DNA of 61,353 bases, counting the filler, from Thelocarpon superellum (lineage: Eukaryota): NCBI GenBank assembly GCA_026025795.1. It is 2 parts of 2 records of this genome, joined end to end, with 100 filler letters (N's around TTAATTAATTAA, not from the genome) between each part and the next. Parts side by side here need not be neighbours in the genome. Positions count along the whole stretch, not along the records: positions 30,805 to 61,353 come from JAPEUG010000200.1; 1 more part is not named here. One strand, 5' to 3'. Position 1 is the stretch's first letter; the number at the start of each line of letters is the position of its first letter. The notes beneath the pieces are model-generated. The model was given only the letters and a program-made list of their open reading frames with translations. It ran no database searches and was not told the DNA's origin. Below are positions 49,325 to 61,353 of the stretch, piece by piece. The position numbers were made by a program, and so were the translations under genes.

Positions 49325-50900
49325 CGCAAAACACTCTTCTTGCGTTGTATGCCATCAGCTGGATATGAACAATTGGTATCGCCGGTTTAGCGTAGCGTAG
49401 CACATGATATGTGTGGTCTCAGATACAGCCTGCAATATCATCGGTATGGGTTCGAATATTGGCTCAGAAAGAACCTGTTTCGGCTCGCACCTAGTAGGCT
49501 CCTCCCTTCACGTGATGAGATGTTGGTTTCGGTCTCGGGTAAACGAGCGCATCATCAGATTCACCCCTGAAGGAGACGCGTGGATCTCGTGGTCCAGCTT
49601 GGCGTAATACCTACTGTCTCTCTGCTCCTCGCTCAGTAAATATCCACGGGCAAAAGTCGCAGCCTCGGGTCCGCTCCACCAGTAAATACTCGGGTGGGTT
49701 TTGACTGGTGGAACAGGACGAAACAAACACACAAGTGAACGAGGTTAACAGCAGTCTGGTGTGATGATGTACCTATCGCAATCCCCTCTCAGGCAGCGAC
49801 ACAGGCGACACAGGCGACACACGCGTTCTCGCTCTCTCCAACGCGTGGTGTCATGGGGATTACCCGCGACAACAGACGAGGTCCGACAGAGGAAACTAGT
49901 CGATGCTGCCAGTCACGCCAAGACGAGTAGTATGGCTGACGACCTAGTCCAGCAGGCAGTTAGTAGTCCACAATCCATCCGCGTAATCAACCGTCACAAT
50001 CTCACTTCCTTACTCCGCCACTGTAGACAGACGACACCTCCTGTTCGATTCCTCCGCGGCTGTAGACAGCCGGCACCATCATCTCTTTTTGCTTCCTCGG
50101 CGGCTGGTCCGCACCCATCGCGATGCGTAGATCGTATCACGGCAGGGCCCAACTGCGCCACCCGGGGTGGGCGAACCTGCGCGGATGGCGCACGGTGGTG
50201 CGCGGTCCACCTATATATTCTATATCTCGGCAGGTGAGTGGGTGTGCGCGTGCGGAGTCAACATCAACATCGTCCGGTCATCCCTTCTCTCTTCGATCAT
50301 CCCTTCTCTCTTCGGTCGTTGCTTCTCCTTTCGCGCGGGAACATGTGTGTGATGGGCAGAGATGGGGCCGACGTGGGCTGGACTAGGCGTGGCAGGTGCG
50401 GGCGTGTGAATCGCAAGGCCGCATGGCTCGCGATGACATCCTCGTCGGCCTCGTTCACTCACGGCTCCACAATCTTCCATCACCCACCGCTGCTCCACTT
50501 GCTTCGATTTGTCGTGACGATTGGTCGTCGACCAAGCCCTTAGCTTCTCCCACAATCACCCACTTCCCACACTTCTCATCCTTCTGTTTTCTTCCTGCTG
50601 TAAGTCTCATCTCCCCCGCCTCGACCTCTTTCTCTTGGTCTCGTGGCCACTTTGATCATCCACATCTTCTGGTTCTCGGTCCCGCGGGCCTTGGATCTTC
50701 CACATCTTCTTTTTGATTGTCCACGGCTTCCGAGCCCCCAGTCTCGTGGCCACTCGGACCCTGCACATCCTCTTCTTCTCGGCCTCGCGGCCTTTCCGAT
50801 CCCCAACACCTTCTTCCACTTGCTGCCGAGTGCTTCCTCTACCCTCGTGACGCGTCCCGCGGCCGACGCCGTTGATTTTGCTTCCTCTGCACGCACCTTC

Positions 50901-53900
50901 ATGACTCGTACACGATCTGATCCCGGATTGACCGGTCCCGCAGAATCCACCGATCAGACGATTCTGCCAGACGGCGTCGTGGGACGACGCGACCGAAGCG
51001 CGAGCTCGATCGGGAGCTCCACGGTCACGGCGAAGGCGGTCGCCACCATGACCACGACTCAGGAGGTCGCTGCGGCCACTGAGTCGCGGGTCTACACCAT
51101 CGAGACGCTGCTGGGGCTCGAGAAGACCATTGGGATCTTCAAGTGTCCCCTGCAGGCGTTCTCGGCTGAGGCTTGGAGAGGTGAGTTGCAATCCTGGCCA
51201 GTCGCTCGGGACGTGTGGCCCTGACACGTCTCGTCGCTCGTCGCTCATCTTGGCGGTTGTGCTTGTCTCCTGATCTTCGCTTGACCCGTCGCCACCCTCA
51301 TCCTCTCGTCGAAGCGGGCGCTGACAGGCGTCGATCGTGTAGCTCAGCTGCTCAAGGCCCCGGTGGGCAAGAGCAATGGTGGCAAGGTGTGGTTCCCGGC
51401 CGATTATCCCCGGTATACCGTCCACAAGCGCTCGGAGGTTCCGAGCCGCGAGATCCCCTGCGGGACTCCCACGGAGTCTCACCGCTCCGACGACGACGCG
51501 ATCCTTGCGGGATCGGCGCACGCCAAAGAGGTGAGCGTCGACCAGGCCAGCCTCCCCCGACGCCAACCCAGCTCACGGTCAAAGGGCGCCCCGCAGAAGG
51601 ATGAGGGCTTTGCCCGATTCCTGCGCGAAGTGGCGTCGCCCACGCATCACCGGGTGACGGCGGGCGGGCGCATCGTCCCGGCGGACTTGCCGCCGATGAA
51701 CATGAACGCCCACCAGTACCTCCACGCGGCCCCGTCTGGAGTGTCCAGCCGGGCGTTGGATGGCGGACCCTACCTGCCCTACCCCATCCTCACCACCACT
51801 CTCACCTCGGGCCAGGGGCAGATGTTCTACTACATCAAGGAGGGCGATTTCCACTGGGCTCCCAATGGCGAGGTTGTCCTGCATGATGACCCATGGCGAC
51901 GCACCTCAGGCACGCCACAACACGGAGTCTTTCACTTGCCGGCGCAGTGCCTCCCGGAAGGCTTCATCGGGTATCCGGCGACCGAAGGACAGCAGGCCAA
52001 CGTGCCTAACGCCCTGCCGTATGCGTCCCCGAACTGGCAAGGTCCTGGCCATGGAGCTCCGGGGCCTGACGCCATCGGACCGCGACTCGTCGTCCCCAAC
52101 TTCCCAACGCCGCGTGCCGTGTCCCCCGCGTCGACGACGTCGCAGTCTCCGCTCGAGCAGACGACCACCGCACAGAATATCCGTACGCCTCGTGTCAGCT
52201 TTCCCATCGGCTCGCAGTTCGAATTCGACCAAAACCAGCGGGCCTTGCAGAGCCGTCTGTCGCAGATCGCGCACGAAATGGCCACGGTGACGCTCATGTC
52301 ACGAGAGGAAACGGAGCGCAAGTTGGTGGAGAAGCATCTCATCGAGCAACAGCTAGAGCACATCAGCCAAGTTTGGACGCTTCAGAATCAGATGGCCTCC
52401 AAAGAGAACACGCCTCAACCTCAACCGAACGTGCAACACGAGAAGGCGCGCTTACCCCAGGGCTCGAACAGCCCTTCGTCTGCAGCCGCCACGCAGGGCA
52501 CCTATCATGCGCCCCCGCCGCCACCGGTTCCGATGCACACGCGCGCCAAATCCGCCACCGCACGCAATTGGGAGATCGGATTGGCCACGAACGGGTACGA
52601 CTTCGTGTCGCAGGTGCCGCCCATGCGCAACTACACCGAGCATGCCAAACCCGGGGACCGCGCCAATGCGGCCCGTCGTGCACGCTCGATCACCACCTCG
52701 TCACCGGCATCGAAATTCCACTCCCCGTCCCAGAAGACGATCAACCCCAGCGTGCTCGGTCCGGCCCGCTCTGCCAATGTCGGTCCTCCCGTGACTCATG
52801 CGCCGTCCCCTGTCCGGGCTCCCTCTGTCCGACCTTCTTTGGACCATGAGCCATCGGCTTCGGCTCGCACCGACCATGGCACCTCGGGGTCGACTCGCAC
52901 CACGCATGGCCCATCAGGCTTGGCTCGCACCAGTCATGGGGCGCGCCTCAGCATCGACTCGACGGGGGCAGTCGAACAAGTTCGCATCGCGGCGGGAGTT
53001 CCGGTGCTCGATCCCGCGCCCTCTCATGCCGAGATCAAACCGCCCGTGTTCTCGCACCATGGTACCGGTCTGACCATGATCGACCAATCCTTTCTGCATC
53101 AATCGTCCCCTGAGACGATCAAAGCAGCCGCCGCGGCATGGAGCAAATCCCACACCCCGAACTCACCTGTGCGCGTCAACAAGCCGTCTAGGAACGGCAG
53201 TGGGCAGCGAACGCTTCAGATTCCCATCATCAACCCTCCCATCGACTTCGACGCCGTGATGGCCGAGCGTGCGAGTGCTGGTACGGACAAGGGCAAAGCC
53301 AAGATGGCTGAGAATATCGTCCACGGATCGTGAGTCTTCCCGCGCCTTCATGGCGAGTCAGTTGACAACCGAGCTGACATGCTATCGCAGCGCCTCTCGT
53401 CGTCAGGACCTCACGGCGGAGGCGAGCCTGCGCCAGATCTTTCAGGGCGGACGCGCCACTGGCCTCACCACGGCCAAGCAGAACGCGATGCCGGTTATTC
53501 ACGAAGCCCAGATGAAGAATGAGGGGGCACGCAGCCGCGTGGAGAAGGCAACGAATCACATGAGGTGAGACGCCCCATATGACGGTGCGAGCACACACTA
53601 AGCGAGGACCTGGACCACAGGCATAGCAAGGCTCGCTCGAGTCAAAACGTCTTTGTCGACAAGATGTTGCAGGCTTCGTTGAAGACGACCAGCCCACTCC
53701 GCACCGAAATTGACGCCGGTGAGCGCAAGACGAAGACTATTGTTCCAGGAACCACAAACGCTGGCGAGCCCAGTACCAGCCTGAAGGCTCCCCTGTCGCC
53801 GCCAGTGTCGTACGCCGCCATCGCCGAGGTGCACACTCGTCGCGACGGCGACTTCCACCTGGCCAGCTCGCCACCTGCTGCGTCGGTACTGCGCAACGTG

Positions 53901-53936
53901 CAAGAAAAGGCGCGCGAAGACGCGCCACGTCGTTAG
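50901..53936 (+). CDS. Uncharacterised mostly disordered protein with YxxxxLL motif, ARFL...HRVTAGGRIVP motif and short coiled coil
   Basis: Four exons join in frame across canonical introns 51181-51342, 53330-53390 and 53565-53620. The start codon is uncertain. Confidence 0.75.
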
Positions 53937-56370
53937 TGATCCGCTCCGCCCGTCTTTTGAGGCTCTGAACCTTGGATCAACCCAGACATCAGGCATGCAG
54001 CGACGAAAGGCGGAATGACGAAGGGATGCCATGACGCAGGGATGCACTCGTGTATCAGCAGATGAAACGTGTTTGCAGCTTGTCTCTCTCACTCGTTTCC
54101 GTTGATTGTTGCGCATGATTTTCTCGAAACCGTGATGGAAATACCATGAAAAGGGAAAGAGATGGATCCAGCAGCCGCCATCGGCCATTGGCGAATAGGA
54201 TATGGCAAGCATGGCGATGGAGCAACAGTCCGCTCACGATGGATCATTCCGAGTTGTGCATTCCGAAGTTTTCGAGACCAAAAAGTCAACGGCGGTAGTT
54301 TTTAGGTTGATGCATCCCACTGCCGTCGTAACATGCAAACAAGCAGTCAACTCAAGGATGCTGTGAAAGCGATAGATTCCCATTGGGGCGGCGAGGGTAG
54401 CATGCAGCTGACCTCGGCCTCTGGGGCCGTGCATTCCCCCCCGTTCGTCACCCCATCTGCTAAGGTGAGATGCAACGAGCCGAAAGCGTTGACTTGACTT
54501 GACTGACTCCACGCCGGTACGATGCTTCTCGATCCCAACATAAATGCCGCCAAGAGTGTCCTCCCCCCCTCTCTCTTCACTTGACCTTATCGTAGCCACA
54601 CTCGCGGTGGTACAGAGGGCGATTGTAGAGATGGGGCAGAGCCAGTGCGAGAGCCAGGCTTCGAGACATCCCTAGGTTAGGTAATTCTGAGACACGATTG
54701 ATCTTGTGGCGTGGTCGGACCTTTCGGTCTTGACCATACGGGTTACCTGTTCGTACCAGCCGTGCCGAAGGCACGCGTCGTGGCTTGTCTTTTCCCGTGC
54801 GGCTGGGGCGCCGTAGCCTTCCCACTCTACTCGTCCATCCCGGCGTCCTGCTGCACCGACCTATCTTCACGAATTGCCGGTGAGACGACGGTCTGCGACC
54901 GAGCGCCCGTCTCTACCCAGCGGCTCTTCCTCGACCCGTGATAGGTTTCGTATGACCGTGCATATGAGAAAAGTCATCGTCGTCCTTGTACGGTGCATCA
55001 TATATTCCGTACTTATGACTCAATTTTTAGAAATCGTTCGGCAGCATGTCTATTCTTCCGGTAGGTATTTGGGACAGGCACCAGATGAGCTGGGTTACGT
55101 TGTCGCTGAACGGGTCGTGGCACTACGCGACTTGAGGTGGCCGGTGGTCGGTGGGAAGCACTCGAGCCTCTCCAGGGCACGGATACGGATGCACGGGCGG
55201 CGGGCAGCGGGCAGAGGGCGCGGCGATGCGCGACGGCCGGCGGCCCGAGAGATTTCGTTGGTAATCTCTGGTAGAGCGGAAAGGGACCGAACGGCGCTCG
55301 GAAACGTCATGGTGCTGCTCAGACCTGAATGACTTGCTTGTTTGGTCGGCGTGAGCAGTAACGCGTCCTCGCACTCATCCCTCCGTATCGTTCTCCCTTT
55401 CGAAGACTAACTAACCTACAGCCAGTCCGGGCCTCGGACTGGCTGGTGGGGTTGGGAAGACGTACTTGTGTCTGTGCAATGGCCGGATCTTGATGGGACA
55501 GATGAGAGCGTGATGATCGATGCGAAAAGCCAAGACCGAACTTCGTCCCACACACGTCTCTGAGACTCTCTCCACTTCGGGCCATCTCTCCTTTTCGGCA
55601 GGTCCTGCACTTCTTCGCCGCAAGTCTCTCGCTGGGGAGTACGAGTAACAATGAGGGCGTAGGAGGATGCTTACCGGTAATCCCGATGAGCCTTGACTTC
55701 GTCCTCCACTACTCTGGGATGCTACTACCGCGAGTAGTTCTTAGTCCTCGGTGGCTAAAGCCCCTGCTGCGTGGTGGAACGGCAGGCACTGCTAGCCCGG
55801 ATGGAGAGGATGCTATGTGTGCCACCTTTTCGGACACATCCTTGTGGCTAGTGAGGTGGAGCTAGTGGTGGCGGCGGTGGTTCGGAACCCAGGCGGTGGT
55901 CCTGGTGCTGGTGCTTGCTGGAAGTTGGGGAATGTGTCAGTCGGGAATGGCCCACTTGCCCACCGTGCACTCCCAGGCTCATCAACAACATGACCCGCGA
56001 TCGCCAGTCATCGTTCCCGGTGACCGCATGATTCGGTGAAGGGTCGTAGATATATTCACGGCGTGTCCGGGTGGTTATCCCCTTGATGGTGGACCCCTAG
56101 TCCCGGTGAAGTCATTCCTCGCTTCAACGCCACTTTTCTCCTTGCCCAGCGTCCCTCTGCGGCCCACGTCCCAAGCCCAGCGCCTCGACGGCAGTTTGAG
56201 CCAACCCGCGACGGTGCACGTTCAGCGTGGATCCTCACCTCGCCTCGCTGATCTCGACTCGTCACTCTCCGACCGTGGGCGACATCGACTCTCGCTCCTT
56301 GATCCCACATGCGTAGTCCTTTCCCGCTCGCTCCCAGCGTCGACGGCTCCGTCGGACCGTCTCGATCACG

Positions 56371-58364
56371 ATGACGCAGTTCTTCACCACGTCGTCCTCG
56401 TCGACCTTGCCGGTCGAGAAGCGGAATTTCTCCGGCCTCTCCAGCGCCTCCAACAAATCCACGACGTCCAATAGCCATTTCCCCCAGAAACTGCGCAACT
56501 TCTTTCGGCTGACAGGCTTGGGGAGTAGCACGTCGGTGAACAGCGATGGCGCCCCCAGCACTCCCAAGTCCACCTTCCGACAGTCACGCTTCCTTCCCAA
56601 CATCACCCGGCATCGGTCCACTACGGTGGCCAGCGAAGGCAACGGCCTGGATGAAGCCATGTCGCCCACGGCCTTTGCCAATCCCTACTTTGCCCACCAG
56701 GGCCCGCCGGCGTTGCGCCACCACAACGATGGCAGCGTGCCGCCCTCCCCTCCGAGCACACCCGGGGTTCCGTCGACCAAGGTTGACGTGGTATCGGGGG
56801 CCAATGACCAGGCCACCACGGCTGGCAAGGAGGAGCTGGCGCGGAAATTGCGGCGGGTGGCGTCGGCACCCAACGCCCAAGGACTGTTCTCCAACAGCAA
56901 TCCGGACGACCGACCGGCGACGGCGGAATTGGGCAAAGAACCAATCTTGCAACATGGTGACGACTCGACGCTGAGCATGGTGACGGCGAGCAACGGCAAC
57001 CAGCTGCCGGTGCCGAACGCGGCTGGGGTGCCGTCACCGGGACAGTTACGGAACGCCATCACCTTTCGACGGACCTACAGCTCCAACTCGATCAAGGTGC
57101 GCAACGTTGAGGTCGGCCCGAGCAGCTTCGACAAGATCAAGTTGATCGGCAAGGGCGACGTGGGCAAGGTGTACCTGGTGCGGGAGAAGAAGTCGAGCCG
57201 GCTATATGCGATGAAGGTGCTCAGCAAGAAGGAGATGATCAAGCGGAACAAGATCAAGCGGGCCCTGGCCGAGCAAGAGATCTTGGCGACGAGCAACCAT
57301 CCATTCATCGTGACGCTCTTTCACTCCTTTCAATCGGACGAGCATCTTTACCTGTGCATGGAGTACTGCAGTGGTGGAGAGTTCTTCCGGGGTATGCCTT
57401 TTCCGCTATTCTCCTCATTTGTGTCGTCTGCTCACTCTTGTAGCTCTCCAAACCCGGCCGGGCAAATGCATCCCAGAAGATGACGCGCGATTCTACGCGG
57501 CCGAGGTGACGGCGGCGTTGGAATATCTACACTTGATGGGCTTCATCTACCGCGATCTGAAGCCGGAGAATATCCTCTTGCATCAGTCGGGACATATCAT
57601 GCTGTCGGACTTTGACCTGTCAAAGCAGTCGGATCCGGGTGGTGTGCCAACGATGATCGTTGGTCGGGGCGGGGCCACGCAAGCCTCGCTCCCGACCATC
57701 GACACGCGGTCGTGCATCGCCAACTTCCGCACCAACTCGTTTGTGGGCACGGAGGAGTACATCGCGCCGGAAGTGATCAAGGGCTGCGGACATACCAGCG
57801 CCGTGGATTGGTGGACCCTGGGCATCTTGGTGTACGAGATGCTCTTCGGAACGACGCCGTTCAAAGGAAAGAACCGGAACGCGACATTTGCGAACATCCT
57901 CCGCGATGACGTGCCCTTTCCGGAGAATGCCAGTACCCCACAGGTTTCCCAGTAGGTCGCCGCTCGCGATGCGCCAAGACGTCGGTCCAACATTGACTGA
58001 CGAGGATAGCCTGTGCAAGTCGCTCGTGCGCAAGCTTTTGATCAAAGACGAGAATCGTCGGCTTGGATGCCGTGCAGGGGCGTCGGACGTCAAGGCCCAC
58101 CCGTTCTTCCGCCCGACGCAATGGGCCTTGCTTCGTCACATGAAGCCGCCGATGATTCCCCAGCAAGGCCGAGGCACGGAGACGGCCAACTTCCGAAACG
58201 TCAAAGAGAGCGGGAGCGTGGACATTGGGTTCGCCAAGCTCAAGGGCGTGCCGTTGGATTCGGGCCTGGCCACACCGGGTGGCGAGATTGCCGATCCTTT
58301 TGAGGACTTTAACAGCGTGACGTTGCATCACGATGGAGAGGAGCACCATCACGAGCAGGGGTGA
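56371..58364 (+). CDS. nrc-2: AGC Ser/Thr kinase nrc-2 / Fpk1-Kin82 (flippase kinase)
   Basis: [37 protein letters not shown], family-typical LSDFDLS and [15 protein letters not shown]. Introns 57392-57443 and 57952-58009. Confidence 0.93.
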
Positions 58365-58408
58365 GCCAGTCATGAAGAGCAGGGGCGAGCCAGTCATGAA
58401 GAGCATGG
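58353..58408 (+). repeat. 24-nt tandem repeat spanning the nrc-2 stop codon
   Basis: gagcaggggTgagccagtcatgaa / gagcaggggCgagccagtcatgaa / gagcatgg. Confidence 0.9.
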
Positions 58409-59162
58409 ACGAGCGATGAGCGGCGCACCAGGAGGATAACGAGCGTGACGAGCGTGACGAGCGTGAGGAGGAAGGAGGAGGAGGAGGGGGAGGAGGAAGA
58501 GGAGGAGGAGGAGGGTGACCACGAATTGCGAAAAGCACGAGCGGCTACGACTCGTAAGGGAAGGCAACGGGAAGGGAAGGAAAGGCGAAGCAGGCGTTTG
58601 CAGGATGGCTTTTGAACTTCCACTTCTACTTTCACTTTCACTTCCACTCCCACATCCAGTTCTAGTTCATCGGGGGCTTTCTCACTCTCTGAGCCCCATG
58701 TCTCTGTTCCATTCCTTCTTCGCTTGGCCTGAATGTGACTCGTCATGAGGCCGATGATGAGACTCATGATTCCGCTTCCAATTCTGGCACAGGCGATGCC
58801 CACATATCCTCTGGAAAAGTCGAAGCCCGACGCACCCTCAGGGTTTATCATCGTGGAAAGGTACGATAAGGTATGGAGGGAGGGGAGGCCGATAGGAGCA
58901 TTGCTGGACAAGGCTTTTGCATGACGTTTGACCCGCCGACTTCCGACCTTTGAAGTTCCACGTCTAATCCTCTACCAACCTGATGGACGGCGCAGACGAA
59001 AGTAGAAGAGCAGTGCAGAGAGAGAAAATCCGAGGTAGTTCAAACTCCAGCGCTGCAGCCTTGACCTCACTCTGACCTTCACGCTGCTCCCCTCCTTCTT
59101 CTCTTCTTCTTCTTCTTCTTCTTCTCCTCGCAGGCGGTCCAGGTCACGGATACGCTGCCAAT

Positions 59163-60007
59163 CTAGGACCACGTGGTGGCAAACAAATGCTCATGATTGG
59201 CCAGGCCTACTTCCCAGCCGGAGTTGAAGAAGTAGACGGTCGTGTTGAAGCCGATGATTCTTGATGGCCACGAAGACCCGTCAGTCATTTATTCCTTTAT
59301 TCATTCCTTCATTCCTTCGTAGCCGCAGCGTCGCCACAGTCGGATTCTTTCACTGGCTGGAAAAAGGACGGACAGACTCACGACTCGTTCAGGACTGGCC
59401 GGAAACTGATCCCCGTGTCGCCGTACGTGAAGTTCGTATAAGGATCGAGCGTGTACGTCACGTTCTGGCTCAGCGTCCCGTTGGGATGCAGAGGTAAGAT
59501 GGGATCACTCTGTATCGCGCACCAGCCGCCAGCGGCCATTTGGGTCAGTCCTTTTGTCCCAGTTGTGTATGTAGGTGGAGAAGGATCGGATGGATGAGAC
59601 AGTCAGCACACATGCACACACAAACTCACCGGCGGAAGACCCATTTGGTCAGTGGAATTGCGAAAGGCATCTCGGATGTATTGGATGGCATTCGCGCGGG
59701 CGGTATCGTTGATCAGCTGATCGTCCAGGGGAGTGTACGGCGGGAGACGGACGCCTCCCAGGGTTGCGCCCTGCGGAAACATGAAGGTTCCATTGGCGTC
59801 GGGTTCAAAGCTCACGCCGACCAGCGAGACGCGCCAGGTCATGTAGTCGGATGGGGGTTTGAGAATGTCAGTGTTGGGGTCGTCTTTCGTCAAGGAGGCG
59901 GGGTCTACCGATTCTGGATTCGCCGCCTCTGGTGGGCTAGTCGTGCTGGCGGCCGCGGTGGTAGCGGCGGTGGCGAGGACGGCGAGGGTAGAGATGGAGA
60001 TCTTCAT
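59163..60007 (-). CDS. Small secreted, Cys-free, heavily N-glycosylated protein (~200 aa), unknown function
   Basis: Signal peptide MKISISTLAVLATAATTAAA. Introns 59510-59629 and 59260-59381 give a 603-nt CDS ending ...LFATTWS*. Eight NxS/T sequons. Confidence 0.75.
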
Positions 60008-61230
60008 CTTGACGGAACGAATGGAGAAAGGAGCGTTGAAGGCGAAGTAGTGGAGGTAGGTCGTGGACAGAATCAATGATGGAAAGACGTCGAACCAGTC
60101 AGTATAGTTGTAGAGACTGATGAGGAAGAGGACAAAGAGACACAACGGCACCCTTATATGAAAGGGAATAGGGGAGGCATGTCGACTGAAGGTGGAGTCC
60201 GTAGAACGAGGCCTTTTAGTCACTGCCCTTCTATAAGAACGATAGTGTCATGCTGGTATAGACTGGGATCAACTCCACTACGAGGCTGAACAGCGTGAAA
60301 GCGGCGCGGATGATGACCATGATGACGAGGTGGATTATGTCACTTTTCAAGTGATATCGTGGGGGATTGAAGGATAACGACAAGGATGCGTGGCTGTAGG
60401 CTTGATGCTATGCTTTAGAATCGACGAGGACATGTTCTGGATCCTTTGACGGCATGCACCATCATCGCAGTGTCGTATCCATGCTCCCTACCTTGACGGT
60501 CCTCCTTCAGGAGGTTCACATCGGTGGACTGCATCTTGCTTGGTCTGATTAGACGTATGAATTCAAGCGTATGCCGTAGGCGGGGGATATCGACGGGGTC
60601 TGGTGGATGGGTTGGCATGAATGTTTCACTGTTTCGTCACTTGCCTGCACCGGAACTACGTTATGCTATCCCGTACTCGTACGAGCAACATAACATATGA
60701 AAGTTAGTGTGTGCTGATGCACCCTGGTTATTCACTAGAGATGGGTGGTCTATTCTACAGAAGCTATCTGTCGTTCTAATTTACAGCTATTGTGGGTCAT
60801 GTGAGGCGGCTTACTCAGAAGCCTCGTGCTCCCGTATGGAGCCTCCACAGTGCAGTGAAGCGAGCCCAACAGCAGCGACGCGAGACAAAGCCGGCGGGGA
60901 CAGCCCCACGCGCGCCTTCCCCACTGCCGGCACTCGCAGCGGTGGCGCATAAAACTATACCATCAATAACCCAAGTCATATTTCTGCACTACCAGCCACC
61001 AATTGCTGCGTCAATGCGTGACCGATGGAACGGTCGATGGATGCGACGAGGTGATTAGCTCTGAGACTTCTCGGCCCTCTCTGCATGCCATCGCCAAGCC
61101 GACATCCCTCGGTTCCGCCTTGCTCGGCCGTTTGCTCTGCCTTGCACAACACAGACGGTCGTTTCGAGCTACGACACAGCACAACACAGTACGACCGAAA
61201 CCCACGCCGTTCGGACCAACCCCGGGTGCC

Positions 61231-61353
61231 ATGGCATCTTCCATCCCACCACCCACCTCAAATCTACACGCGTCGCAGGCGTCAATATCCTCGGGACCAT
61301 CGGGGGCAAGTGGGGGAGGTGCAGGATCTGCAGCGGGAGCGGGAATGAACGCA
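61231..61353 (+). CDS. Probable 5' end of a gene running off the right edge (MASSIPPPTSN...GGGAGSAAGAGMNA)
   Basis: gccATGG context and an open frame to the window end; low-complexity N-terminus with no recognisable domain. Confidence 0.45.
   Translation, partial: MASSIPPPTSNLHASQASISSGPSGASGGGAGSAAGAGMNA

Noticed and set aside
55015..55035. AATTTTTAG Sm-site-like motif
   Set aside because: No U1/U2/U4/U5 or telomerase template signature nearby.
57604..57620. DFD instead of DFG in the kinase (possible pseudokinase)
   Set aside because: DFD is normal for the nrc-2/Fpk1/phototropin-related AGC kinases.

Overview
This is GC-rich, intron-containing fungal DNA (Pezizomycotina-type ascomycete, judged from short GT-AG introns with CTRAY branch points and from the gene content). 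I can support about 21 protein-coding genes, most of which had to be rebuilt by hand across introns. Left of an assembly join: MNS1, ARC40/ARPC1, a U2B''/U1A RRM protein, ATG10, a 1305-aa disordered protein, a secreted M20 peptidase, MRI1, a SAM+HMG-box protein and a head-to-head RAD16/RAD7 pair. An artificial 100-nt N-TTAATTAATTAA-N linker at 30705-30804 splits the window. Right of it: the 3' end of aldA, a degenerate Est1/SMG6-like ORF, a GNAT-like gene, a PNPOx-like gene, an AIF/AMID-like oxidoreductase, a histidine-phosphatase-like membrane protein, TBF1, TAF10, RSM19 (missing from the ORF track), MRE11, an unknown protein, nrc-2 kinase and a small secreted glycoprotein. Probable gene starts lie at both window edges. 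I found no rRNA, tRNA, CRISPR array or intact transposase. The best leads are: (1) a TA-flanked ~100-bp palindromic MITE/hairpin whose only mismatches are CpG transitions; (2) a possible stop-readthrough cryptic PTS1 on the PNPOx-like gene; (3) a candidate eIF4E-binding motif in the unknown protein; (4) a probable pseudophosphatase; (5) the degenerate Est1-like ORF; (6) an nrc-2 stop that appears to come from a CGA>TGA change inside a tandem repeat. None of these proves a new multi-gene system. All family assignments come from motif recognition, not database searches.
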